A stretch of 33,990 bases of DNA, taken from positions 1-33,990 of IMG/VR virus record IMGVR_UViG_3300007606_000015. One strand, given 5' to 3'. Below are positions 33,720 to 33,990 of this stretch, in pieces. The translations under genes and the position numbers were made by a program. The notes below the pieces were generated by a model. It ran no database searches. It had not been told where the DNA came from and worked only from the letters and a program-made list of their open reading frames with translations. The stretch comes from a virus. Its lineage: Duplodnaviria > Caudoviricetes. The stretch's first letter is position 1; each line of letters opens with the position of its first letter.

Positions 33720-33956
33720 TTAGGAGACGGTACCAGTCACCTTTTCGTACTGACTTGCAGAGATTTCAGTACGATAGCGATGGGTGAAGCCGATTTCAAA
33801 AGCCATCGGGCCACCAGGAGGGGAGGTTTCCGTGAGTTTGACTTGGAAGGAAAGATTGGTGACGCCGCTGTTAGCGTCAGCGTCAGCAACGATAGCCGTC
33901 CAGTTGTCGGTCAAAAGAGTGCCGATTTCGGCAGTAAGGGTAGCGGGAAGTGCCAT
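33720..33956 (-). CDS. Hypothetical small protein upstream of capsid gene
   Basis: 78-aa ORF in head operon. Confidence 0.65.
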   Translation of the reverse strand: MALPATLTAEIGTLLTDNWTAIVADADANSGVTNLSFQVKLTETSPPGGPMAFEIGFTHRYRTEISASQYEKVTGTVS

Positions 33957-33962
33957 AAAGAA

Positions 33963-33990
33963 TTACTTGAGTCCAGAAGCACGCAGGATC
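33963..33990 (-). CDS. 3' end of upstream head gene (partial)
   Basis: Reads ...ILRASGLK-stop, 6 nt before next ATG; too short to identify. Confidence 0.35.

Larger units (their letters stand above)
1..33990. mobile_element. Tailed dsDNA bacteriophage (Caudoviricetes, siphovirus-like), near-complete genome
   Basis: Terminase, portal, capsid, tail, replication/recombination and membrane/lysis modules fill the window; no host housekeeping genes. Confidence 0.97.

Noticed and set aside
1-33990. tRNA genes, integrase/att site, reverse transcriptase or diversity-generating retroelement
   Set aside because: No cloverleaf in the intergenic gaps, no recombinase or RT motifs, and no template/variable repeat pair seen

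Overview
The window is most of a tailed dsDNA phage genome (siphovirus-like, lambda-type packaging module), opened inside the portal gene and ending just upstream of the major capsid gene. Minus strand, left (1-5278): partial portal, gpW-like adaptor, GpA-type large terminase, a PP-loop/PAPS-reductase-like enzyme wedged between the terminase subunits, Nu1-like small terminase and three small proteins, two with HTH-like motifs. 5290-6150: AT-rich palindromic segment, then a GC-rich repeat block. Plus strand 6152-10017: ten small unknown genes joined by a shared G-poor C/A-rich leader, then a terminator and about 900 bp of structured non-coding DNA. Plus strand 10977-21785: lysozyme-like protein, Mom-like DNA-modifying enzyme, RuvC-like resolvase, RecT/RecE-like pair, SSB-like protein, SF2 helicase, metallophosphoesterase and primase-helicase. 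Minus strand 21782-33990: membrane/lysis-type genes, tail fibre, tail, neck and major capsid genes. The strongest unexplained signal is a sharply bounded 5-kb island (about 5640-10595) with its own k-mer vocabulary, repeat-rich flanks and a G-quadruplex at its border, positioned where the first-ejected DNA would lie. Also notable are a compact late-gene motif TT(G/T)ACA-N4-GCTAATT and a late-strand hairpin whose loop is complementary to the island gene leaders. All protein calls come from motif recognition and synteny by eye, and all counts are manual. No integrase, tRNA or CRISPR array was seen. The lack of Shine-Dalgarno sequences suggests a non-SD host such as Verrucomicrobiota (inference only).
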